A stretch of 64,000 nucleotides of DNA, taken from Gemmatimonadota bacterium (GTDB lineage: Bacteria > Gemmatimonadota > Gemmatimonadetes > Gemmatimonadales > GWC2-71-9). How positions within the stretch are numbered: the first letter of the stretch is position 1; each line of letters begins with the position of its first letter. Positions 28,641 to 37,757 of this stretch are shown here, one piece after another. The position numbers and the translations under genes were made by a program. Under the pieces are notes generated by a model that saw only the letters and a program-made list of their open reading frames with translations, was not told the origin of the DNA and ran no database searches. The stretch is taken from the NCBI GenBank assembly GCA_039588295.1, contig JBDHAB010000004.1:128001-192000 (forward strand), in the 5' to 3' direction.

Positions 28641-29312
28641 TCAGGCTACCAGCGCGTCTCTCACATGTGCCTCGATGAACGTGCACCACCCGTCGAGCCC
28701 TTCGCCGGTCAAGGCCGACGTCAGGAAGAACCTCAGGTTCGGGTTCACCTCGTGCCCATAGGCGATCGCGCGATCGACGTCGAATTGGAGGTGGGGCAGC
28801 AGGTCGATCTTGGTGAGAATCGCGTATTCCGCCTCACGAAACACCTTGGGGTATTTGACCGGCTTGTCCTCCCCTTCGGGGATGGAGAACACGACGATCT
28901 TGGATTCCTCGCCCAGGTCCCAGCTTGCCGGGCAGACGAGATTGCCCACGTTCTCGATGAACACGAGATCGGTGCGATTGAGATCGATGGCCTCGAGCGC
29001 GGTGAGGATCTGTCGGGCATCCAAGTGACATGCGCCGCCCGTCACCACCGCCTGCACGAGCCTATTCGTGCAACGCGCGAGGCGCTCGGCGTCGTTCTCG
29101 GTCTGCACGTCACCCGTGATCACCGCGATCTCGACATGGTCGCCCAGGCACTCCAGCGTACGCTCCAGCAGGAGCGTCTTGCCAGCACCCGGTGATGAAA
29201 CGAGGTTGAACGCCGTGACACGGTGCTCCTCGAGCCGCCGCCGTACCTCGGCGGCGATCTCGTCGTTTCGCTCCATCACCTTCTCGCGAACCTCGATCTT
29301 CCGGATGGCCAT
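28641..29312 (-). CDS. hypB: Hydrogenase nickel-incorporation GTPase
   Basis: SSPGAGKT, TGGACHLDA, ENVGNLVCPA, EGEDKPVKYP and TKIDL motifs. Confidence 0.95.
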   Translation of the reverse strand: MAIRKIEVREKVMERNDEIAAEVRRRLEEHRVTAFNLVSSPGAGKTLLLERTLECLGDHVEIAVITGDVQTENDAERLARCTNRLVQAVVTGGACHLDARQILTALEAIDLNRTDLVFIENVGNLVCPASWDLGEESKIVVFSIPEGEDKPVKYPKVFREAEYAILTKIDLLPHLQFDVDRAIAYGHEVNPNLRFFLTSALTGEGLDGWCTFIEAHVRDALVA

Positions 29313-29494
29313 CGGACCCCCATGCGCTACGCCGTTTCCAGAGCCTACCGCGGCGAGCATGAAGAAACGGTTAATCGGCGGTGATGGTTGACGTTAGGCT
29401 CCGCAGGTGTAAGAACATCAGATGAGACACGCCCGCGCAGCACGCGCACCCATCACCTGACCCCGGTCACCTAACGGCCACCACCGTATCCTCT

Positions 29495-30980
29495 ATGACC
29501 CATATCACCCACCGACGACCAAGGCACCACCGGCTCTACCGCCCTCGTCATCGATGGCGATGGCCGGGTACGCGCCCGCGCCTATCGGGAGTTCACGCAG
29601 TACTTCCCGGAACCCGGGATGGTCGAGCACGATCCCGAGGAGATCTGGCGTGTCACTCTGACCGTGGCGCGCGAGGCCACCGCCCAGTCGAACGAACCGC
29701 CGGTGGCCATCGGGATCACGAATCAGCGGGAGACCGTCGTCTGCTGGGACCGCGAGACCGGCGAGCCGCTGCACCGCGCGCTCGTGTGGCAGGATCGGCG
29801 GACGGCCCCACGTTGCCGACAGCTCCAAGCCGAGCTGGGAGACACCTACGTGGCGGAGCGAACGGGCCTCGTATGGGATCCGTACTTCTCCGCGACGAAG
29901 ATCGAGTGGATGGCGCGAGAGATCCCCGAAGTCAGGCGGCGGATGGCGCAAGGGAGGGCCGTGTTCGGCACGATCGACAGTTGGCTGGTCTACAAGCTCA
30001 CCGCGGGTCGGGCGTTCGTGACGGACCACACCAATGCCTCGCGCACGCTGCTGTACAATATCGAAACGTTGGACTGGGATGGTGAGTTATTGGAGCTGTT
30101 CCAGGTCTCCCGGGAGGCGCTGCCGGCGATCACGCGGTCCAGTGAAGTCGTCGGTGTCGCGGATCCGGCTCATCTGGGCAGCGAGATCCCGATTGCGGGG
30201 ATTGCGGGCGACCAGCAGGCGGCGCTGTACGGTCAGGGCTGCTGGAGTCCGGGCCAGGCGAAATGCACGTATGGCACAGGGGCGTTTCTCCTCATGGCCG
30301 TGGGACAGACGCTGCCGCCCGTCCGTGAGGGTCGGGGTGTGCTCACTACGGTCTCCTGCGCGGCGGAGGGGAGCCCGAGCTACGCACTGGAGGGTTCGAT
30401 CTTCATCGCCGGGGCGGCGATCCAGTGGCTTCGCGACGGACTCGGGATCCTGGAGCGCGCGGCCGAGACGGAGACCCTTGCCAGGGGACTCACCGACACG
30501 GACGGGGTGTTCTTCGTTCCCGCGCTCGTGGGGCTGGGCGCGCCCCACTGGGAGGCGGAGGCGCGCGGGACGATCGTGGGACTCACCCGCGGCTCGACCC
30601 GCGCACACCTCGCCCGTGCGGCGTTGGAGGCCATGGCCTACAGCACCAGAGATGTGGTCGACGCGATGTCGACCGTCAGTGGCGTTGACCTCGCGGAGCT
30701 CAAGGCGGACGGGGGTGCCGCGGCCAATGACTGGCTGATGCAGTTTCAAGCGGACACCCTTGGGGTTCGGGTCGCTCGCCCGGACGTCGTGGAGACCACC
30801 GCGATGGGAGCAGCCGCGCTGGCAGGGCTCGCGACGGGCGTGTGGCCGAGCCCGGAGCTGTTCTCGGAGCGCCGCTCGTATCGTTGGTTCGAGCCGGAGG
30901 GGTCGGCCGAAGACGCGTACGCCGGATGGCGTCGCGCGGTGGATACGGCACTCCACTGGGCTCGGAGCCCCAGGACATGA
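29495..30980 (+). CDS. glpK: Glycerol kinase with an apparent +1 frameshift in the first codons (sequence error or pseudogene)
   Basis: DQGTTGS (from 29517), ITNQRET, WQDRRT, TDHTNASRT, GDQQAAL and KCTYGTG motifs. The ATG at 29495 is 22 nt before DQGTT, so out of frame. Confidence 0.88.
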
Positions 30981-31089
30981 CGGTTTCTTTAGGATGGGCT
31001 CACGAACTTTTTGGCTGCTCGGGGATACATTCCCTGTAGCCAAATGCGAGAGTGTTTCCCGTCTTTCGGGCGGAGGGTATATTTCCAAC

Positions 31090-31494
31090 ATGCAAGCCAA
31101 GTACAAGTTCCTTTTCGGAGCCGTCCTGGTCGGTGGGACCGTCGGGTTCCTGATGACCTCGGGCATCAAGGATACGGGGGTGTATTTCCTTACCCCGTCC
31201 GAGCTGGCGTCCAAGGTGAGCGCCGACCCCTCGTTCCACGACGTCGGCGTCAAGATGGGCGCTCGGGTGGTCCACGGGTCGATCGAACGGGATGTTGCGT
31301 CGCAGACGATTACCTTCGAGGTAACGGACGGATCGCAGGCATACCCGGTGGTGTACCGCGGCCTCGCGCCCGACACGTTCACGGACGACGTGGACGTTGT
31401 GGTGGAAGGACGCCTGGATCCGGACGGCACGTTCCGCGCGACCAGCCTGCTCGCCAAGTGCGGCTCGCGCTACGAGACCGTCCCCTCGGCGTGA
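31090..31494 (+). CDS. ccmE: Heme chaperone CcmE, CxxxY variant
   Basis: N-terminal TM, VYFLTPSE, PVVYRG..PDTF, VVVEG and LLAKCGSRY. Confidence 0.92.
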   Translation: MQAKYKFLFGAVLVGGTVGFLMTSGIKDTGVYFLTPSELASKVSADPSFHDVGVKMGARVVHGSIERDVASQTITFEVTDGSQAYPVVYRGLAPDTFTDDVDVVVEGRLDPDGTFRATSLLAKCGSRYETVPSA

Positions 31495-31498
31495 CGGC

Positions 31499-33565
31499 AT
31501 GACAACCCTCGGACAACTTGCGCTGTGGCTCGCGCTGCTTCTCGGCGCCTGGGGCACGATTGTCGGCTTCTATGGCGGGCTGAAGCAGCGTCCCGAGCTC
31601 ATCCAGAGCGCCCGTCGCGCCACCTACGCCCTGTGTGGCGTTCTCGTGGTTGCATCGATCGGCCTCCTGACCGCCCTGCTCAAGCACGATTTCAACGTCA
31701 CCTACGTCGCGAGCTACACCAGCCGCAATCTCCCGACGGTCTACATCCTGTCGGCCTTCTACGGGGGGCAGGCGGGCAGCTTGCTGTTCTGGGCGGTGGT
31801 GCTGTCGGTCTTCGGCGCGCTGGCCCAGCTGCTGACCTCGCGCAAGTACGACTATCTCCTGCCCTATGTGGCAGCGGTGACCTCGGCGGTGACGCTGTTC
31901 TTCGTGATCGTCACGCTGTTCGCGGCCAACCCGTTCGAGCGCCTGCCGTTCACGCCGGCTGATGGAAGCGGGCTCAATCCGCAGCTCCAGAATCCCGGCA
32001 TGGTGGTCCATCCGCCGATGCTGTACTTGGGGTACATCAGCATCGCCGTGCCGTTTGCGTTTGCGATGGCGGCGCTCATCTCGAAGCGGCTGGACACCGG
32101 GTGGCTTCATGCGCTGCGTAAGTGGACCATTGTGTCGTGGTTGTTCCTCTCGATCGGCATCACGCTCGGCATGTGGTGGGCATACGTCGAGTTGGGCTGG
32201 GGTGGCTATTGGGCGTGGGATCCGGTAGAGAACGCGAGCTTCCTGCCGTGGCTCACGATGACGGCGTTCTTGCATTCCGTGATGATTCAGGAAAAGCGCG
32301 GCATGCTGAAGAAGTGGAACATGGTGCTCATCTCGCTGAGTTTCCTGCTTTCGATCTTCGGCACGTTCATCACGCGCAGCGGCATTATCTCGAGCGTTCA
32401 CTCGTTCACGCAGTCGTCGATCGGGTATTATTTCCTGGCCTTCCTGATCCTCATCATTCTTGTCGTTGCCTGGCTCCTGTGGTCACGGCTCCCGGTGTTG
32501 GAGTCCGAAGCACACCTCGAGAGCATGGCGTCGCGCGAGGCGAGCTTCCTGTTCAACAACCTGCTGCTGGTTGGCATCGCCTTCTCGGTCTTCTGGGGAA
32601 CGATGTTCCCCATCCTGTCGGAGCTGGTGCGCGGAACGCAGGTGACGGTCGGCCCACCATTCTTCAACCAGGTGAACGTCCCGATTGGCTTGGCGCTCTT
32701 GGCGCTCACCGGCATCGGGCCGCTCATCGCGTGGCGCAAGGCCAGCCTCGCCAACCTGCGGAGGCACTTCGCGGCCCCCGTGGCTGCGGGGGTGATCACG
32801 GGCGTGATCCTGGTGGCGCTCGGAGTCACGCATTTCTATGCGGCCATGGCGTTCACACTCGCCATGTTTGTCGTCGCAACCGTCACGCAGGAATTCGTCC
32901 GGGGGGTCGGCGCGCGACACCGGCTGCACGGTGAGGGCTACGCCCAGGCGTTCGCTCGGCTCGTTGGTCGCAATCGTCGCCGCTACGGCGGGTACGTCGT
33001 GCACCTGGGAATCGTGACCTACTTCGTGGCGTTCGCCGGCATGGCGTTCAAGAACGAGACGCAGGCGTCGCTCAAGCCGGGTGAATCGGTCGACCTCAGA
33101 TCACCGTTTGGCTACACCTACACGTTCACGCACATCGGCGTTTCGCAGTACGACGAGCTGAACCGTCTCGTGAGCGCCGCCAGCGTGGATGTTGCACGCG
33201 ATGGTGAACGTGTGGGCATCATGAAGAGTGAGAAGCGGCAGCACTTCACGTGTGCCCAGCCGATCGATCCGTGTCCGCGCGGCTTGCGTGAGGCCTCGTT
33301 CGAGCCTTCCACCGAGGCGGGTATCCGGAGCGACGTGCGGGAGGATCTCTACATCGTCTACGCCGGATCGGTCGAGGGGACGGAAGAAGCCGTCTACCGG
33401 TTCACGATCAATCCTCTGGTGTGGTGGATCTGGTTCGGCGGGTTCGTGCTGGTGGTCGGTGGTGTCGTAACCCTGTGGCCCGGAACGACGGTACGGGCGC
33501 AACGCCGCGAGGAGACGGTTGGCGGGTATCAGGTCCAGCTCGTCGGACAGGGTGCCGATGCCTAG
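31499..33565 (+). CDS. ccmF: Cytochrome c heme lyase CcmF
   Basis: GSLLFW, GLNPQLQ, HPPMLYLGY, WWD motif WGGYWAWDPVEN and RSG..SSVHSF. Confidence 0.96.
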   Translation: MTTLGQLALWLALLLGAWGTIVGFYGGLKQRPELIQSARRATYALCGVLVVASIGLLTALLKHDFNVTYVASYTSRNLPTVYILSAFYGGQAGSLLFWAVVLSVFGALAQLLTSRKYDYLLPYVAAVTSAVTLFFVIVTLFAANPFERLPFTPADGSGLNPQLQNPGMVVHPPMLYLGYISIAVPFAFAMAALISKRLDTGWLHALRKWTIVSWLFLSIGITLGMWWAYVELGWGGYWAWDPVENASFLPWLTMTAFLHSVMIQEKRGMLKKWNMVLISLSFLLSIFGTFITRSGIISSVHSFTQSSIGYYFLAFLILIILVVAWLLWSRLPVLESEAHLESMASREASFLFNNLLLVGIAFSVFWGTMFPILSELVRGTQVTVGPPFFNQVNVPIGLALLALTGIGPLIAWRKASLANLRRHFAAPVAAGVITGVILVALGVTHFYAAMAFTLAMFVVATVTQEFVRGVGARHRLHGEGYAQAFARLVGRNRRRYGGYVVHLGIVTYFVAFAGMAFKNETQASLKPGESVDLRSPFGYTYTFTHIGVSQYDELNRLVSAASVDVARDGERVGIMKSEKRQHFTCAQPIDPCPRGLREASFEPSTEAGIRSDVREDLYIVYAGSVEGTEEAVYRFTINPLVWWIWFGGFVLVVGGVVTLWPGTTVRAQRREETVGGYQVQLVGQGADA

Positions 33566-34145
33566 GAGTCCGCGCGTCGCTCGGCGCGAAGCCCTCAAGC
33601 TCGGGTTGGCTGGGTTGTTGCCGCTCGGGCTCCCTCAGGAGCCGGAGGCCCAAGACCGGGGTGAGGCGGCTCCCAGGCTGTACGATCCGTTTCGGGCGGG
33701 ACGGGCGCAGGATCGCATCACGGATTATGAGAACGATCCGTTCATCATCGAGGTGGAGAGCCGGCTCCGCTGCACCTGCGGCTGCAACCTCGACGTGTAT
33801 ACCTGTCGCACGACGGACTTCACCTGCGGTACCTCGCCGGCGATGCACCGCGAGGTCGTGGCCCTGGTTGAGGCGGGCAAGACGGGTGAGGAAATTCTCG
33901 AGGCGTTCGTCGCGCAGCATGGCGAGCTGGTGCTGATGGCGCCCAAGAAGGAAGGGTTCAACCTGGCTGCGTATTTCGTCCCCGGCGCCGCGATCCTGAC
34001 GGCGGGTGGGCTGCTCGTGTGGGCGCTTGCGCGCCGCGGGGGGCGGATGCAGGCGGTCCAGTCCGCGGAGGGAATGGATCTCTCGGGGCTGGGGGACGAA
34101 GACCGTGAAAAGCTCGAGGCGGAGCTGCAGAATCTGGAGCTCTAG
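33558..34145 (+). CDS. ccmH: CcmH-like cytochrome c biogenesis protein (Cys-rich variant)
   Basis: LRCTCGC...C...C; EILEAFVAQHGELVLMAP; C-terminal TM; directly follows ccmF. Confidence 0.78.
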   Translation: MPRSPRVARREALKLGLAGLLPLGLPQEPEAQDRGEAAPRLYDPFRAGRAQDRITDYENDPFIIEVESRLRCTCGCNLDVYTCRTTDFTCGTSPAMHREVVALVEAGKTGEEILEAFVAQHGELVLMAPKKEGFNLAAYFVPGAAILTAGGLLVWALARRGGRMQAVQSAEGMDLSGLGDEDREKLEAELQNLEL

Positions 34146-34147
34146 AC

Positions 34148-34708
34148 ATGTTGGAGTTGATAGCGGGGATCGTGGTGGCGTTCGTGGCGGTGGCGGCAGT
34201 CCTCCAGCCGTTGCTGGTGCAGTCGACGGGTCGACAGGCCGGCGGATCGGCGGATCCAAGCGTCGAGTTCGAGGTCTTGGAGGAATCCGAGTCCCCTAAG
34301 GTGCAGGCGTTGCTGGCCCTCAAGGAGATCGAGTTCGATCGGGCCACAGGCAAGCTCTCTGATACCGACTACCAGCAACTCAAGGCCAAGTACTCGGCAC
34401 TGGCACTCGAGGCGATCAAGGCGGAGGAAGCGGGCGAGGCTGCACAGGCCGAGGGTGACGCCGCGGAGGAGCTCGTGCGTCAGGCGGCGGCCGGGAAGAT
34501 GGCGGTGTGCCCGGACTGCGGTCCACGCCCCGAGGCGGACGCGGCCTTCTGCGCCGACTGTGGGCAGCCGCTCACCAGATCCGAATCGACTCCTGAGGGC
34601 AAAGGGCGGTTCTGCGAGGCATGCGGGAACGCGCTCACGACCACCGCTAAGTTTTGCGATGCCTGTGGGGTGAAGGTTGGGGCGCAGCCGGCGGGGTCGG
34701 TCAGCTGA
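34148..34708 (+). CDS. CcmI-like N-terminal membrane protein with double zinc ribbons
   Basis: TM helix; LKEIEFDRATGKLSDTDYQQLK; CPDCG, CADCG, CEACG, CDACG. Confidence 0.75.
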   Translation: MLELIAGIVVAFVAVAAVLQPLLVQSTGRQAGGSADPSVEFEVLEESESPKVQALLALKEIEFDRATGKLSDTDYQQLKAKYSALALEAIKAEEAGEAAQAEGDAAEELVRQAAAGKMAVCPDCGPRPEADAAFCADCGQPLTRSESTPEGKGRFCEACGNALTTTAKFCDACGVKVGAQPAGSVS

Positions 34709-34752
34709 GGCTCAGGTTTTCGCTTGTGGTCAGCTTCATAGCCTAACCCCGT

Positions 34753-34792
34753 GCGGCGGTGTGAGCTAGATCACGCCGCCGCGTTGCGTTTT
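34753..34792 (+). terminator. Stem-loop after the ccm cluster, also containing a Crp-like box
   Basis: GCGGCGGTGTGA-GCTAGA-TCACGCCGCCGC followed by GTTGCGTTTT; core TGTGAGCTAGATCACG at 34760-34775. Confidence 0.5.
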
Positions 34793-34906
34793 CATGGCGG
34801 ATTCACCCGATCTTCACTGTTTTGGCGATAGGTTTATTCGGATTAGTGTCTCGAGCATGAAACTTGAGGGGTTTCTGGACGCCTCCACCCCGGAGTCCGG
34901 AGAGAG

Positions 34907-35863
34907 ATGATGAGTAGAGCAACGAGCTTGATCCTCGCGTTGGCAGTGCTGGGTGCCTGTGCTGACGATGGGCAGCGAGGTGAGTTGGTGGGACTGGACG
35001 CCAAAGTTGCGCCCAGTGACGAGGAGAACTGGCTCCACCGCCAATCCGTCGCACGCGCCAGGATGGTCCGTCCGGGACATCTGACCTGGGCTGGTCCCAA
35101 CCGCAGATTCCTATTGGTGACGGACCACTACCGGGGGGTTGTGTTTAAGTACCGGGTCAACCAGGGCGAACTGCTCCTGAAGCGGGAGTTCCAGTTCAAC
35201 GCAGGCATCAGCGGCGTGGCCTGGGGTGCAAACCGCCTATTTGTCGCCAACACCACCACGGCATCGGTCGGAGTCTATCGGTCGTCCGGTACCTGGATGT
35301 ACGACCTCGGCGGTCCGGGCGCATTTGCGTATCCGACCGACATCGAGGTGGACGACGAGCGGGATCTGGTGTTCGTCTTGGACAACCGCAGACAGTCGAT
35401 CTCGGTGTTCACCATCGACGGGGACCACAGGAATACGTGGGCTGCCTCGGCCCTGGGGATGGAGAACCCGGTTGCGATGGGTCTTGACCCCGTCCGAGGG
35501 GAACTCCTCGTCAGTGACTATGGCAACCTGGTGGGGTTCGGAGGCGGGGGAGCGGCCATCCATGTGTTTGACTACGACGGTAACCGGCGCAAGACGATCT
35601 CGGACGAGTCGCTGTTCCCGCGGCCGCAGGGGATAGCGGTGGACGGCCAAGGGCGGATCCTGATGGTTGACGCGCTAGCCTGCCAGTTGATGGTGATTGA
35701 CCGAGAATCGGGCGCCGTTCTCGCCACACACGGTGAGCCGGGCACGGAACCCGGCCAGATGCTGCTTCCTCTCGACGTCGCGGTTGACGCGAACGGCCGA
35801 GCCTTCGTCACCAACAATCGCCTGGGGCGGATCGAGCTGTTTGAGGTAGGAGGTGGATCGTGA
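34907..35863 (+). CDS. NHL-repeat beta-propeller lipoprotein
   Basis: Lipobox LGAC; repeated blades (PTDIEVD, PVAMGLD, PQGIAVD, PLDVAVD). Confidence 0.85.
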   Translation: MMSRATSLILALAVLGACADDGQRGELVGLDAKVAPSDEENWLHRQSVARARMVRPGHLTWAGPNRRFLLVTDHYRGVVFKYRVNQGELLLKREFQFNAGISGVAWGANRLFVANTTTASVGVYRSSGTWMYDLGGPGAFAYPTDIEVDDERDLVFVLDNRRQSISVFTIDGDHRNTWAASALGMENPVAMGLDPVRGELLVSDYGNLVGFGGGGAAIHVFDYDGNRRKTISDESLFPRPQGIAVDGQGRILMVDALACQLMVIDRESGAVLATHGEPGTEPGQMLLPLDVAVDANGRAFVTNNRLGRIELFEVGGGS

Positions 35864-36507
35864 GGAAACGTCGATACGCACTGGTGTTCCTCGCTCTAGC
35901 GCTTGCGCCAGTGGTTGCGGTGGCCTTGCTCGAGGCCCGATCTACCACGGCCTTGCTCACGGGACACCTTGGATGCACCGGATATTGCCACCTTGCGCAC
36001 GGTGGAGGTGGCCCCACGCTCACGCGCGAGGCTGCCTATGACCTGTTGTGTATGAGCTGCCACAACCCGGCGGCTCCGGTCGGCAACGCCCCACCCGCCG
36101 ATTACCACACCGAGGATCCCAACGACTCAAACGACGGGACGACGTACTCCTTCCAGGTGCAGTGCGTGGAGTGTCACCTAGACTCGCCGCACAGCAACGT
36201 GGTGAATGCGTGGGGCGGAACGAACCTCAAGCTTGTCCGTGCATCGGTGACGAATCCGTCCAACAGCGTCTCCTACGATGTCCGCTTCGAGGCGCTCTCG
36301 GGGGACTACTCATTCTGCGATGAGGAGGGCCCTGATACCGAGTGGGACAATCTCTGCGACATGTGCCACAGTGACATCTACGCGGGCCGACACCACAACG
36401 ATCCGGTGGCGGGAGGGAATTGGGGCGACAGCAACCACCACCGGAGCGGATCAACCTGCACAGGGGGCAACTGCCACAATCACGACCGAGGCTTCCAACT
36501 CAGATAG
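35860..36507 (+). CDS. Secreted multiheme cytochrome c with 3 canonical and 2 extended heme motifs
   Basis: Signal peptide; CTGYCH, CMSCH, CVECH, CDMCH, CTGGNCH; GTGA overlap with the NHL gene. Confidence 0.85.
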   Translation: MRKRRYALVFLALALAPVVAVALLEARSTTALLTGHLGCTGYCHLAHGGGGPTLTREAAYDLLCMSCHNPAAPVGNAPPADYHTEDPNDSNDGTTYSFQVQCVECHLDSPHSNVVNAWGGTNLKLVRASVTNPSNSVSYDVRFEALSGDYSFCDEEGPDTEWDNLCDMCHSDIYAGRHHNDPVAGGNWGDSNHHRSGSTCTGGNCHNHDRGFQLR

Positions 36508-36637
36508 CCTGTATGGGTTGGGGAGTACCCCCGGAGAGGTACCTTGCCGTGGGGACCAGCAGAGCGGCTCGGCTTCGGTCGGGCCGCTGTGGTTTGCGGG
36601 AGGAGGGAGACCGTCACGGCGTGGCTAGACATTGGAT

Positions 36638-36652
36638 CGGCGCACCAATTGC
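36638..36652 (+). promoter_or_regulatory. Possible sigma54 promoter of the glycosylation operon
   Basis: CGGCGCACCAATTGC is GG-N10-GC ending in TTGC, about 120 bp upstream of the GT2 gene. Confidence 0.35.
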
Positions 36653-36770
36653 GTAACCGCTTGACAGGCAATAGGCTAGAAGAGGCTCAGTGCCCATTCA
36701 TGGCGCGTTGTTGTCGCCCCGCGGCCTTTGGGAAACGCCAGTCGCTTCATCGGAAAGAGGCAGCCTTGAG

Positions 36771-37757
36771 TTGAAGGTCCTCATTGCCATCCCGGCGTTC
36801 GACGAGGAGGCCACGCTCGGTCATGTCATCGGGTGCCTCCCGCGGGAGCTGCCCGGTGTCTCGTCAGTTGGTGTGCTCGTCGTGGACGACGGCTCGACCG
36901 ACGGCACCGCCGAGGATGCTCGGAAAGCCGGAGCCCGAGTCGTACGGCATCGTCGCCACCTCGGTCTCGGCGCTGCGTTCAACACAGCAGTCGCGGAGGG
37001 TTTGCGCCTCGGGGCCGACGTGCTGGTCACCATCGATGCCGACGGCCAGTTCGACCCCGCGCAGATCCCGGATCTGATCATGCCGATCGTGGACGGCGCC
37101 GCCGACCTGGTGACCGGCAGTCGGTTCGTCGGTGGCCGGCGGCCATCCAGCATGCCCGCCGCTCGCTACTGGGGAAACCGGTTCTTTTCAGGGCTGCTCA
37201 GCCGACTCCTGCAGGAGAAGCTGCAGGACGTGTCCTGCGGCTTCCGGGCGTACTCGCGGGAGGCGCTTTTCAACCTGAACCTGCTCGGCAAGCACACCTA
37301 CACGCAGGAAGCGATCTTCGATCTGGTCTTCAAGGGGCTCAGGGTGGTGGAGGTACCGATTACGGTGCGCTACTTTGAGGCCCGTCAGTCGCGTGTGGCG
37401 GGGAGCCTGGTGAACTACGGGATCAAGGCTCTCAAGATCATCGCCCGCACTGCCCGGGACTTCAAACCGCTCAGGTTCTTCGGGGTGTTTGCGCTCGTTG
37501 TGCTCGCGGTTGGTGTGGGGCTCGACCTCTGGCTCCTGGCTTTCTTTCTTCGCACAGGGAACTTCTCACCGTACAAGTTCGTGGGCTTTGTGGGGACCGC
37601 CCTCATCGTGGTCGCCATCCTAATCCTGGGCTTTGCGCTGCTCGCGGACATGCTAGATCGGCTCAGGGTCAATCAGGAGCGGGTGCTGTATCAGCAGCGC
37701 AAGATGCTGTTCGGGGGCAAGCGCCACGATGATGGGGGAGGCGACGGGACGTCGTGA
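36771..37757 (+). CDS. GT2 glycosyltransferase (polyprenyl-phosphate sugar synthase-like)
   Basis: IPAFDEE, VVDDGSTD, DADGQF, DVSCGFRAY motifs; two C-terminal TMs. Confidence 0.92.
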   Translation: MKVLIAIPAFDEEATLGHVIGCLPRELPGVSSVGVLVVDDGSTDGTAEDARKAGARVVRHRRHLGLGAAFNTAVAEGLRLGADVLVTIDADGQFDPAQIPDLIMPIVDGAADLVTGSRFVGGRRPSSMPAARYWGNRFFSGLLSRLLQEKLQDVSCGFRAYSREALFNLNLLGKHTYTQEAIFDLVFKGLRVVEVPITVRYFEARQSRVAGSLVNYGIKALKIIARTARDFKPLRFFGVFALVVLAVGVGLDLWLLAFFLRTGNFSPYKFVGFVGTALIVVAILILGFALLADMLDRLRVNQERVLYQQRKMLFGGKRHDDGGGDGTS

